Source: Promethearchaeota archaeon
Lineage (GTDB): Archaea > Asgardarchaeota > Lokiarchaeia > Sigyniarchaeales > SOKP01
Assembly: GCA_016839745.1 (NCBI GenBank)
Contig: JAEOTS010000089.1
Span: 1-40,524, forward strand
Direction of reading: 5' to 3'
Length of the DNA stretch: 40,524 nt
Shown here: piece after piece, positions 9,506 to 18,500 of the stretch
How the letters are laid out: the number at the start of each line of letters is the position of its first letter
How positions within the stretch are numbered: position 1 is the stretch's first letter
Position numbers and translations under genes: made by a program
Notes under the pieces: model-generated
The model's database searches: none
What the model was told of the DNA's origin: nothing
Seen by the model: the letters and a program-made list of their open reading frames with translations, nothing else

Positions 9506-11866
9506 ATGAACGAAAGGATCAAGAAATTACGGAAACAGAGTCGCTCAGCAATTCCGTATCTTTCATTAGAACGTGCTTTATTAATAACAGAATTTTACAA
9601 GAAAGGAGTAGCTCAATTATATTCACCTCCAGTTACTAGAGCTAAAGCTTTTGAATATATACTGAAAAACAAAGAGATTTGTTTTAATGATGGCGAGTTA
9701 ATAGTTGGAGAACGCGGTCCGGAGCCAAAAGCGACTCCTTCTTACCCAGAAGTATGTTGTCATACATTAAAGGATTTAGAAATACTGGATTCTCGGGAAA
9801 AAATCTCTTTCCAGGTCCAAGAAGGTGTACGGCAAAACTCGAGAGACATCATCATTCCATTTTGGAAAGGTAAAACAATTAGAGAAAAAATCTTTTCTCA
9901 AGTCGATCAAGAGTGGCAAGATGCGTATAACGCGGGAATCTTCACTGAGTTCATGGAACAACGGGCTCCTGGACACACCGTAGCGGGTAAGAGTATCTGG
10001 ACAAATGGATTTTTAGATTTTAAAAAACAAATTCAGAATTCTATTGATAATTTGGATTTTTTCAAAGATCCCGACGCTTTCGCTAAGAGAGAACAGTTAA
10101 AAGCAATGGATATTGCTGCTGACAGTATAATAAGCTATGCAGAAGGACATTCTGAAAAAGCTCTAGAATTAGCTGAAGGAGAATCTAATCCAGAAAGAAA
10201 AAGAGAATTAGAAGAAATAGCCGAAATTTGCTCTCGTGTTCCAGCTAACGCTCCAAGGACGTTCTGGGAAGCTTTACAGCATTATTGGTTTATTCATCTA
10301 GGTGTTATTATAGAATATAATACTTGGGATGCTTTTAATCCTGGACGTCTTGATCAACATTTATACCCTTTTTATAAGAAGGATGTTTCTGATGGTATAT
10401 TAACAAAAGAGAGAGCCATCGAGCTACTTCAAGCCTTTTGGATTAAATTTAATAACCAACCAGCTCCTCCAAAGGTGGGAGTAACGGCAGAAGAAAGCGG
10501 AACTTACACAGATTTTTGCAATATTAATCTTGGAGGGTTAAAGGAGGACGGATCTGATGGAGTAAACGAACTATCTTTCATACTTTTAGATGTAATCGAA
10601 GAAATGAGAATACTACAACCTAGTAGTAATATTCAAATTAGCGAAAAAACCCCAGATAATTTTATTAAAAAAGCCCTTAAGATAATTAAAACAGGTTTCG
10701 GTCAACCCTCAGTTTTCAATGCAGATGCCATTGTCCAAGAACTAACGCGCCAAGGGAAATCCTTAATAGACGCTCGAAACGGTGGTGCTAGTGGGTGCGT
10801 CGAAACAGGAGCTTTTGGAAAAGAAGCATATATATTAACGGGGTACTTTAATCTTGTGAAGATATTTGAAGTTACTTTACATAACGGAGTCGAACCTTTA
10901 ACGGACAAACAAGTTGGATTAAAGACGGGAGAGCCTACTTCTTTCAAAACTTTTGACGAGTTATTAGAAGCGTATACAAAACAAATCAAGCATTTTGTTG
11001 ACATTAAAATAAAAGGTAATCTAATAATAGAGCGGATTTGGGCCCAAAATCCTTCCCCCTTTTTATCAATTATTATTGATGATTGTATCGAAAATGGAAA
11101 AGATTACAACGATGGTGGAGCAAAGTACAATACATCCTATATTCAGATAGTTGGTATGGGGAGTATAACTGATTGCTTAGCTTCTTTAAAATATAATGTT
11201 TATGACAACAAAATTTATACTATGGAAAAAATGCTCGAAGTGCTTAATAATAACTTCGAAGGATTTGAGGAAATAAGACAAAAACTTGTATCTAGAACAC
11301 CTAAATATGGGAACGATAAAGATTACGCAGACTCTATTACCCAACAAATTTTCGAGATCGTATATAGTGCTATTGATGGGCGTCCGAACACCAGAGGAGG
11401 AGTGCACAGAATAAACCTACTTCCTACAACTGTCCACATTTATTTTGGAAAAGTTACTGGTGCCACACCAGACGGTAGAAAAGCATATACGCCTTTATCT
11501 GAAGGAATCTCGCCTGTACAAGGAATGGATATTAATGGCCCAACCTCTGTTATAAAATCCGCTGCTAAAATTGACCATCTTCGAACTGGGGGAACATTAT
11601 TAAATCAAAAATACTCACCCAAATTCTTTTCGAGCGAATCAGGGATTAATAATGTAGCTCATTTGATACGCTCCTATTTTAAAATGGGAGGTCATCACAT
11701 TCAATTTAACGTAGTTTCGGTAAATACTTTGCGTGCTGCTCAAAATGATCCGGCACAATATCATAATCTAATAGTACGCGTTGCGGGATATAGCGATTAT
11801 TATATCAATCTAGGAAAAGATTTACAAGACGAAATAATTAAAAGAACTGAACATATCTCAGTTTAA
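9506..11866 (+). CDS. hypD: Glycyl radical enzyme, trans-4-hydroxy-L-proline dehydratase type
   Basis: 786 aa; RVAGY glycyl loop, SGCVE thiyl loop, and HypD-characteristic segments MEQRAPGHT, WDAF-PGRLDQHL, FNNQPAPPKVG...ES-TYTDF, KEAYILTGY, LPTT-HIYFG. Confidence 0.85.
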   Translation: MNERIKKLRKQSRSAIPYLSLERALLITEFYKKGVAQLYSPPVTRAKAFEYILKNKEICFNDGELIVGERGPEPKATPSYPEVCCHTLKDLEILDSREKISFQVQEGVRQNSRDIIIPFWKGKTIREKIFSQVDQEWQDAYNAGIFTEFMEQRAPGHTVAGKSIWTNGFLDFKKQIQNSIDNLDFFKDPDAFAKREQLKAMDIAADSIISYAEGHSEKALELAEGESNPERKRELEEIAEICSRVPANAPRTFWEALQHYWFIHLGVIIEYNTWDAFNPGRLDQHLYPFYKKDVSDGILTKERAIELLQAFWIKFNNQPAPPKVGVTAEESGTYTDFCNINLGGLKEDGSDGVNELSFILLDVIEEMRILQPSSNIQISEKTPDNFIKKALKIIKTGFGQPSVFNADAIVQELTRQGKSLIDARNGGASGCVETGAFGKEAYILTGYFNLVKIFEVTLHNGVEPLTDKQVGLKTGEPTSFKTFDELLEAYTKQIKHFVDIKIKGNLIIERIWAQNPSPFLSIIIDDCIENGKDYNDGGAKYNTSYIQIVGMGSITDCLASLKYNVYDNKIYTMEKMLEVLNNNFEGFEEIRQKLVSRTPKYGNDKDYADSITQQIFEIVYSAIDGRPNTRGGVHRINLLPTTVHIYFGKVTGATPDGRKAYTPLSEGISPVQGMDINGPTSVIKSAAKIDHLRTGGTLLNQKYSPKFFSSESGINNVAHLIRSYFKMGGHHIQFNVVSVNTLRAAQNDPAQYHNLIVRVAGYSDYYINLGKDLQDEIIKRTEHISV

Positions 11867-11908
11867 ACTTAATAAAAAGAATAGTATTAATAGAAAATTA
11901 ATAATATA

Positions 11909-14590
11909 TTATTGTTTTTCTCTAAGCATATTTCTTAATACTGTGTGTAATATCCCAAGATTTTGATAATATTCGAGATCAACCTTATTATCGAGTCGAA
12001 CAATAACATCAAATAAAATTTCTTCCCCATTTTTCTTTATTGCGCTCACAGTTAATTCAGATAAAGGTGTCATATTCTTAACTCCAGAAATACTCACAGT
12101 TTCGGTTCCATCCAAACCTAAATTTGCTGCATTTTCCCCATCTTTGAACTGTAGTGGTAAAACTCCCATGCCTACTAAATTACTTCTATGAATTCTTTCA
12201 AAGGATTCAGCGATTACTGCTTTCACTCCTTGGAGTTGAGTTCCCTTAGCAGCCCAGTCTCGTGAGCTCCCCATACCATAGTCTGTTTTTGCGATAACGA
12301 TTAAAGGTGTTTCAGAAGCGATGTATTTCATAGCCGCATTATAAATTGGCATAACTTCCCCAGTTGGATGATATTTTGTCCAACCTCCTTCTCGATCGAC
12401 GAGAAGATTCCTAATTCTTATGTTTCCAAACGTGCCTCTTGCCATTACCTGATCATTCCCTCTCCTTGACCCAAAAGAATTAAAATCTTTAGGTTCAATC
12501 CCTTTCGAGATTAAATATTTTCCTGCGGGCATATCTTCTGGAATCACTCCTGCAGGAGAAATGTGATCAGTAGTGACGCTTTCTCCCAACAGAGCAAGAA
12601 TTCTAGCGTTCTTTATATCTGTTAGGGGAGGTTTATCAAGAGGAAAATCCATGAAGAAAGGAGGCTCTCTAATATAAGTAGAATCATCTTCCCATTGATA
12701 TACGTTATCTTTTGATGGGTTTAAATCATTCCATAATTCCCATCCTTTAAATATTTCTCCGTATTCCTTATTGAATTGCTCAGGATTGACATTATTCATG
12801 TAAATTTGTTGACACTCATCATGAGAGGGCCAGATATCCTTAAGATATACGGGATTTCCATTTGAATCCAACCCCAAAGGTTCAGTATCCAAATCAATTG
12901 CGACAGTGCCAGCTATTGCGTAGGCGACTACTAAGGGGGGTGATGCTAAATAATTCGTTTTAGTATATGGACTTATTCTACCTTCGAAATTGCGGTTACC
13001 ACTAAGAACGGAAGCAACAACAAGGTCATTATTATCGATTTCTTTTATAATATCACCAGAAAGCGGTCCACTATTTCCAATGCAAGTAGTACAACCATAC
13101 CCAACAATGTTAAATCCTAATTTTTCCAAATAAGGTAATAATCCCGCACTTTCTAGATAATCTCTGACTACTCGGGATCCAGGAGCAAAGCTGGTTTTTA
13201 CATGTTTCTTAACTTTCAAACCTTTTTCAACAGCAGCTTTCGCAATCATTCCTGCTCCAACCATAACCGAAGGGTTGGAAGTATTTGTGCAAGATGTGAT
13301 TGCCGCGATAACTACTGAACCATGTTTTAACTTGTCTGAATCAATATCGGCTAATTTATCTAAATCATCTGGTTTAGCAAAAGAAGTTTTTAGTTGGTGG
13401 GAAAATTCCTTCTTCATGTCTTTAAGAGATATTCTATCTTGTGGTCTCTTTGGTCCCGCTAAACTAGGTTCTATCTCAGTTAAGTTAATTTCTACTACTT
13501 CACTATAATTTGGAGTTGGCAAGTTTGCATCGTAAAAAAGACCTACTTTTTTTAAGTAACTTTTTACAAATTCAGCGTGTTCTTTATTACGACCACTTAA
13601 TAGGAGATAATCTATTGTATTGTCATCAACAGGAAAGAATCCCATCGTAGCTCCGTATTCGGGAGACATATTTGCGATTGTCGCTCGATCGGGCAATTTC
13701 AATTGATTAAGGCTTGGTCCATAAAATTCGACAAATTTACCGACTACACCGTGTGCTCTAAGAATTTGGGTTATCGTAAGAACAATATCAGTGGCAGTAA
13801 TTCCATCTTGAGGTTCACCAATTAATTTAACTCCAACTACCTCAGGGATATTCATATAATACGGTTGACCTAATATAACTGCTTCGGCCTCAATACCACC
13901 AACACCCCAGCCTAGAACACCTAATCCATTAATCATGGTAGTATGTGAGTCGGTACCTACTAGAGTATCGGGAAACGCATACTTTTCTCCTTTATGTTCC
14001 CTTAACTGGACAACAGAGGCGAGATATTCTAAATTTACCTGATGACATATTCCTCTACTAGTAGGAACTACGCGAAAGTTGTTAAAAACAGTTTGAGCCC
14101 ACTTTAAAAATACATAGCGCTCGTAATTTCGCTCAAATTCTTTCTCTTCGTTCAATTTGAGTGCTTCATTTGTCCCATAATAGTCAACTTGGATTGAATG
14201 GTCAATAACTAAATCTACTGGGATGATAGGGTTAATCTTATTAGGATCTCCTGCTGCTCTTTTTACAGCTGATCTTAAAGCCGCTAGATCAACAACAGCG
14301 GGCACGCCTGTGAAGTCTTGAAGTAATACTCTTGATGGTTTATAAGGAATTTCTTTTTTATCCTTTTGATTTGGTACCCATTTTGAGAGTGCAAGGAAAT
14401 TCTCTTCAGTTACAACTTCTCCATCTAAGTTTCGGATTACATTCTCTAATAACACCCTTATAGAATAGGGTAATATCTCTATGTCTCCAAAACCAAGGTC
14501 CTTTAATTTTTTGAGGTTATAAATCGATGCAGTATCGTCTTTAATGTTAATTTTTTCCCTTAAATTGTTCTGGATTTCTGTTATACTCAT
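11909..14590 (-). CDS. acnA: Aconitate hydratase A (AcnA / IRP1 family)
   Basis: 893 aa; RVLLQDFTGVPAVVDLAA, DLVIDHS, GTDSHTTM, AAITSCTNTSNP, GYGCTTCIGNSG, SGNRNFEGR, GSSRDWAAKG. Confidence 0.97.
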   Translation of the reverse strand: MSITEIQNNLREKINIKDDTASIYNLKKLKDLGFGDIEILPYSIRVLLENVIRNLDGEVVTEENFLALSKWVPNQKDKKEIPYKPSRVLLQDFTGVPAVVDLAALRSAVKRAAGDPNKINPIIPVDLVIDHSIQVDYYGTNEALKLNEEKEFERNYERYVFLKWAQTVFNNFRVVPTSRGICHQVNLEYLASVVQLREHKGEKYAFPDTLVGTDSHTTMINGLGVLGWGVGGIEAEAVILGQPYYMNIPEVVGVKLIGEPQDGITATDIVLTITQILRAHGVVGKFVEFYGPSLNQLKLPDRATIANMSPEYGATMGFFPVDDNTIDYLLLSGRNKEHAEFVKSYLKKVGLFYDANLPTPNYSEVVEINLTEIEPSLAGPKRPQDRISLKDMKKEFSHQLKTSFAKPDDLDKLADIDSDKLKHGSVVIAAITSCTNTSNPSVMVGAGMIAKAAVEKGLKVKKHVKTSFAPGSRVVRDYLESAGLLPYLEKLGFNIVGYGCTTCIGNSGPLSGDIIKEIDNNDLVVASVLSGNRNFEGRISPYTKTNYLASPPLVVAYAIAGTVAIDLDTEPLGLDSNGNPVYLKDIWPSHDECQQIYMNNVNPEQFNKEYGEIFKGWELWNDLNPSKDNVYQWEDDSTYIREPPFFMDFPLDKPPLTDIKNARILALLGESVTTDHISPAGVIPEDMPAGKYLISKGIEPKDFNSFGSRRGNDQVMARGTFGNIRIRNLLVDREGGWTKYHPTGEVMPIYNAAMKYIASETPLIVIAKTDYGMGSSRDWAAKGTQLQGVKAVIAESFERIHRSNLVGMGVLPLQFKDGENAANLGLDGTETVSISGVKNMTPLSELTVSAIKKNGEEILFDVIVRLDNKVDLEYYQNLGILHTVLRNMLREKQ

Positions 14591-14599
14591 ATACTCAAT

Positions 14600-15847
14600 C
14601 TATCTCTCTTCAATTTTTACATATTTTTTATCAAGCTCACCAACATACCGAAGTCTCGGTCGGATCAATTTGTTATCTTTGAGTTGTTCGAGGGCATGAG
14701 CTACCCATCCTGCTGATCTGCTCGCTGCGAATAGAGGCGTAAATAGTGGTGTCGGTATCCCTAATACATGAAGTAAACCGGCAGAATACAGATCCACATT
14801 TGGGTAGATATTTTTTGTTTTGATAATATAATCAGTGAGCATCTCCGTCATCTCAAAAATATTATCTATATCTCCACGGTGATCTTCATGTGCTTGGTCA
14901 GGGATTTTATCGATATCTCCTCTCTCTTCTCTTTCCCAAAATTCTTTAGACAGTTCTCGAAGGATAAGCGCACGTGGATCCCATGTCTTGTAAACGCGGT
15001 GACCGAATCCCATTACTTTTTCTTTGTTCTCTAGCTTTTCTTTAACCCAGGGTAGAACATTTTCTTTTCTTTTAATTTCTTCTAGCATTATTCTAACGAC
15101 CCTTTCGTTAGCACCACCATGCAATGGTCCTCTAAGAGTACCGATAGCGCTTGTAATTCCACTGTAAATATCAGATAAAGTAGAAACAGTGACCCGACAG
15201 GAGAAGGTTGACGAATTTATAGAATGGTCAGCATGACAAATAAGAACTTTGTCAAACACCCTTTCGAAATCCTTGCTTGGTTTCCTACCAGTCATCATAT
15301 AGTAGTAATTCCCCGCATGAGATAGATTTTTTGAGGGCTCTACTAATGGTAGATTTTCTTGGATTCTATGCGCAAATGCGAGGATCGTAGGAATTTTAGC
15401 TATTATTCGAATTCCTTTTCTAATGTTTGCTTCTTCTGTATAGACATAATCGTCTGCATCGTAAAGAGACAGAGCAGAAACTGAAGTCCTTAGCAATTCT
15501 ATTCGAGTTGTATTTCGAGGATAACTCTTTAAAATTGTCAAGATGCTGTCAGGAATATTTCGCTCTACTATTAACAGATTCTTAAATACTTCGAGCTCGG
15601 ATACGGTGGGTAAATTTCCATAGATTAAGAGATAAGCGACTTCTTCAAAGCTTGAATTATTCACTAGATCTTTTAGTGGATATCCTCTGAAGTATAACTT
15701 ACCATTTTCACCATCAATCAAAGTAATTAAACTTTCATCAACATAAATTCCAACTAATCCCTTATAGGTTTTTGATCTATCAAGATTGCATAGTAGAGGT
15801 CCTTCTGGTATGTAATCCTCTTTTATTTTACGAGTATCTTTTTTCAT
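14600..15847 (-). CDS. Citrate synthase (or 2-methylcitrate synthase family), paralog 1
   Basis: 415 aa; HADHSINSSTF, GPLHGGANE, MGFGHRVYK, YPNVDLYS, SRSAGW; catalytic His/His/Asp intact. Confidence 0.92.
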   Translation of the reverse strand: MKKDTRKIKEDYIPEGPLLCNLDRSKTYKGLVGIYVDESLITLIDGENGKLYFRGYPLKDLVNNSSFEEVAYLLIYGNLPTVSELEVFKNLLIVERNIPDSILTILKSYPRNTTRIELLRTSVSALSLYDADDYVYTEEANIRKGIRIIAKIPTILAFAHRIQENLPLVEPSKNLSHAGNYYYMMTGRKPSKDFERVFDKVLICHADHSINSSTFSCRVTVSTLSDIYSGITSAIGTLRGPLHGGANERVVRIMLEEIKRKENVLPWVKEKLENKEKVMGFGHRVYKTWDPRALILRELSKEFWEREERGDIDKIPDQAHEDHRGDIDNIFEMTEMLTDYIIKTKNIYPNVDLYSAGLLHVLGIPTPLFTPLFAASRSAGWVAHALEQLKDNKLIRPRLRYVGELDKKYVKIEER

Positions 15848-15867
15848 ATTTGAGTTACCATATTTTC

Positions 15868-15896
15868 TAATTAAAACCTTAAACTACCTTAAAGTA
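15868..15896 (-). promoter_or_regulatory. Conserved upstream element with TATA-like TACTTTAAG, citrate synthase paralog 1
   Basis: 24/29 identical to 17277-17305 and at the same distance (21 nt) from the ATG. Confidence 0.6.
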
Positions 15897-16008
15897 AAAA
15901 AGAAAGATATATATTTCTTAAGCTTTTAAATAATTAATTTTGAGAAGAAATAGGAGAAAGCACGCAAAAAAGGATATTAGAATTACACGATTAATATTGA
16001 AAAATGAA

Positions 16009-17256
16009 CTACCTTTCTTCAATTTTTACATAGTTTTTATCTAACGTACCTATATATCGAAGTCTTGGTCTGATTAATTTGTTATCTTTGAGTTGTTCGA
16101 GGGCATGGGCGACCCACCCTGCTGATCTACTCGCAGCAAATAGCGGTGTAAAAGAGGCTGTTGGGATTCCTAATGTATGTAATAATCCTGCAGAATATAG
16201 ATCGACATTTGGATAAAGATTCTTCGTTTTCATTACGTATTCGTTGAGAATCTCGGTCATTTCTATAATATAATCAACTTCATCATGAATATTATGTCCA
16301 TTATTAGGAATTTTGTCTATTAATTCACCGTTTTGAGCCTTTTTACAAAAATTCATGGATATCTCTCTTAAAATTTTAGCCCGGGGATCCCAAGTTTTGT
16401 ATACTCGATGGCCAAATCCCATAATTTTTTCTTTTCTTTCAAATTTTTTCTCTGCCCAAGGAATAACAAGCTCCTTTTTCTTTATCTCATTGGCCATATA
16501 TTTCATGACTGCTTCGTTTGCTCCACCGTGTAGAGGTCCTCTGAGTGTACCTATTGCACTAGTAATACCACTATAAATATCTGAAAGGGTTGAGACCGTT
16601 ACACGACAAGAGAAAGTTGAAGAATTAATGGAGTGATCTGCGTGACAGATTAAGACATCGTCAAATGCCTCTTCAAAATCCCTGTGTGGTTTATTACCTG
16701 TCATCATATAATAATAATTTGCTGAATGAGAGAGATCTTCTGAAGGTTCTACTAAAGGCAAATTGGTTTGAATCCTATGGGCAAATGCTAATAAAGTTGG
16801 CATTTTTGCCACAATTCTAAGTCCTTTCCTAATGTTGGCCGGTTCGGAATAATCATAATCGTCTGGATCATACAAAGAAAGAGCGGAAATTGCGGTTCTT
16901 AGGAGTTCGATCCTTGTAGTGTTCCTTGGAAAACTTTTTAGAATACTAACGATATTATCTGGAATATTTCTTTCCTTTATTAACAAATCTTTAAACTCTT
17001 TAAACTCAGAATTACTTGGAAGTTTTCCATGTATAAGCAAATAAGCAACTTCCTCGAATGTGGAATTGTCACACAACTCTCTGAGAGCATAGCCTCGATA
17101 ATACAACTTTCCATTTATTCCATCGATATATGTTATCAAACTTTCATCTACATAGAGTCCAACTAAACCTTTATGTATCTTTGGGTGATCTAGCTTAGAG
17201 AGTTCTGGTTCAGCATCCTCATAATCTTCACTAATTTTTCTTTTATCTGCTTTCAT
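16009..17256 (-). CDS. Citrate synthase (or 2-methylcitrate synthase family), paralog 2
   Basis: 415 aa; same catalytic motifs as paralog 1 with long identical stretches, consistent with tandem duplication. Confidence 0.92.
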   Translation of the reverse strand: MKADKRKISEDYEDAEPELSKLDHPKIHKGLVGLYVDESLITYIDGINGKLYYRGYALRELCDNSTFEEVAYLLIHGKLPSNSEFKEFKDLLIKERNIPDNIVSILKSFPRNTTRIELLRTAISALSLYDPDDYDYSEPANIRKGLRIVAKMPTLLAFAHRIQTNLPLVEPSEDLSHSANYYYMMTGNKPHRDFEEAFDDVLICHADHSINSSTFSCRVTVSTLSDIYSGITSAIGTLRGPLHGGANEAVMKYMANEIKKKELVIPWAEKKFERKEKIMGFGHRVYKTWDPRAKILREISMNFCKKAQNGELIDKIPNNGHNIHDEVDYIIEMTEILNEYVMKTKNLYPNVDLYSAGLLHTLGIPTASFTPLFAASRSAGWVAHALEQLKDNKLIRPRLRYIGTLDKNYVKIEER

Positions 17257-17276
17257 GATTTAGATACATTATTTGA

Positions 17277-17305
17277 TAATTAAATCCTATTACTAGCTTA
17301 AAGTA
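17277..17305 (-). promoter_or_regulatory. Conserved upstream element with TATA-like TACTTTAAG, citrate synthase paralog 2
   Basis: 24/29 identical to 15868-15896 with the same spacing to the start codon. Confidence 0.6.
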
Positions 17306-17424
17306 GAGTGGTAAAATAAATATTTCCACAAAAAATACGAGAAACTATACAAAAAAAGAGAATTTTCTGTTTTAATTAAAAATATTTCATATTATAAGAT
17401 ATTTTACTATTCAACCAGATTTTT

Positions 17425-18480
17425 TTAAAGTAATATTTCAGAATCAACATCATTCAGATTTTTACAATTAGTCATTATCATCGCTTTCGCTAGAGTTTTC
17501 TGCAAGTATTCCATCTGAATCCGAACGCCGTCTAATCCTGCCCCAACAGCTGCCCTGACGATATCTCGCCCAATTAACACGGATTCTGCACCAATAGCGA
17601 GCATTTTTAGAACATCGTACCCTGTTCGAATACCTCCATCGACAATAATTCTAATTTTACCCTTCAATTTAGCTACTATTTCGGGAAGTACTTCTGCAGT
17701 TCCAGGAGTATGATCTAAAACCCTTCCCCCGTGATTCGATACAACTATGGCTGCTGCTCCCGCATCTTTTGCCAGAATAGAATCTTCTATACTCATGACT
17801 CCTTTTACAATGAATGGCAATTTTGTCGATGACACTAATTCCCTAAGATCACTACTATTTTTCTTATAAACCGGTTTTTTATGTGTATACATAGCGTAAG
17901 ATCCACATCCATCAATATCTATTCCAACCGCCACGCATCCAGATTCTTCTGCTTTTTTAAAGAATTCTATAACGACATCTTGTTCTCTTGGTTTCACGAT
18001 TTTAACTCCAAATCCGCTAGCTTCAGCAATTGCGTTAATTCCATATGAATTTTCAAGAGAATAAGTATAAGTATCGCCTCGCCAGCCCAATGTTCCAGCT
18101 GCCATACAACCGAGAACTACTGAACGGCAAAACTCTTTTTCTGAAATGACTTTTTCTCCTCCAAAACTATTTACTCCCGAAACACTCGCTCCCATTATCG
18201 GCATTGAAAGTTCTTTACCGAAGAAGTCATACTTAGTGTCTGCTTTAAAATGATCTCCGATGAGTTTCATTTTTAATTTCAACTTCTTCAATGCTAGAAT
18301 ATTGTTGTTAAAAGAAGCCCCGCTTCCAACTCCACCGAATCCAAGTGGTCTTCCGTAACTTTGGCCTTGACAAATTCGCATTGAATCTCCATCACATATT
18401 TTATATACTCCACATACTCCTAAGAGTTTCTTTTTGGCTTCCTCTCGAACTTGAGTTAAACTCATTTCATCTAATGTCAT
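17425..18480 (-). CDS. FMN-dependent alpha-hydroxy-acid dehydrogenase/oxidase with N-terminal Cys motif
   Basis: 351 aa; LPFIVKGVM, VSNHGGRVLD, DGGIRTGYDVLK, IGR; N-terminal C-x5-C-x7-C; 20 bp downstream of fumC with GGTGA Shine-Dalgarno. Confidence 0.9.
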   Translation of the reverse strand: MTLDEMSLTQVREEAKKKLLGVCGVYKICDGDSMRICQGQSYGRPLGFGGVGSGASFNNNILALKKLKLKMKLIGDHFKADTKYDFFGKELSMPIMGASVSGVNSFGGEKVISEKEFCRSVVLGCMAAGTLGWRGDTYTYSLENSYGINAIAEASGFGVKIVKPREQDVVIEFFKKAEESGCVAVGIDIDGCGSYAMYTHKKPVYKKNSSDLRELVSSTKLPFIVKGVMSIEDSILAKDAGAAAIVVSNHGGRVLDHTPGTAEVLPEIVAKLKGKIRIIVDGGIRTGYDVLKMLAIGAESVLIGRDIVRAAVGAGLDGVRIQMEYLQKTLAKAMIMTNCKNLNDVDSEILL

Positions 18481-18500
18481 AATTTCACCTTTGTTATCTC

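Noticed and set aside
9506-11866. Pyruvate formate-lyase call
   Set aside because: It has a single-Cys SGCVE loop rather than the Cys-Cys pair of PFL, and HypD-type motifs are present.
11909-17256. Complete 2-methylcitrate cycle operon
   Set aside because: No prpB, prpD or prpF in the window; kept only as an alternative role for one synthase paralog.
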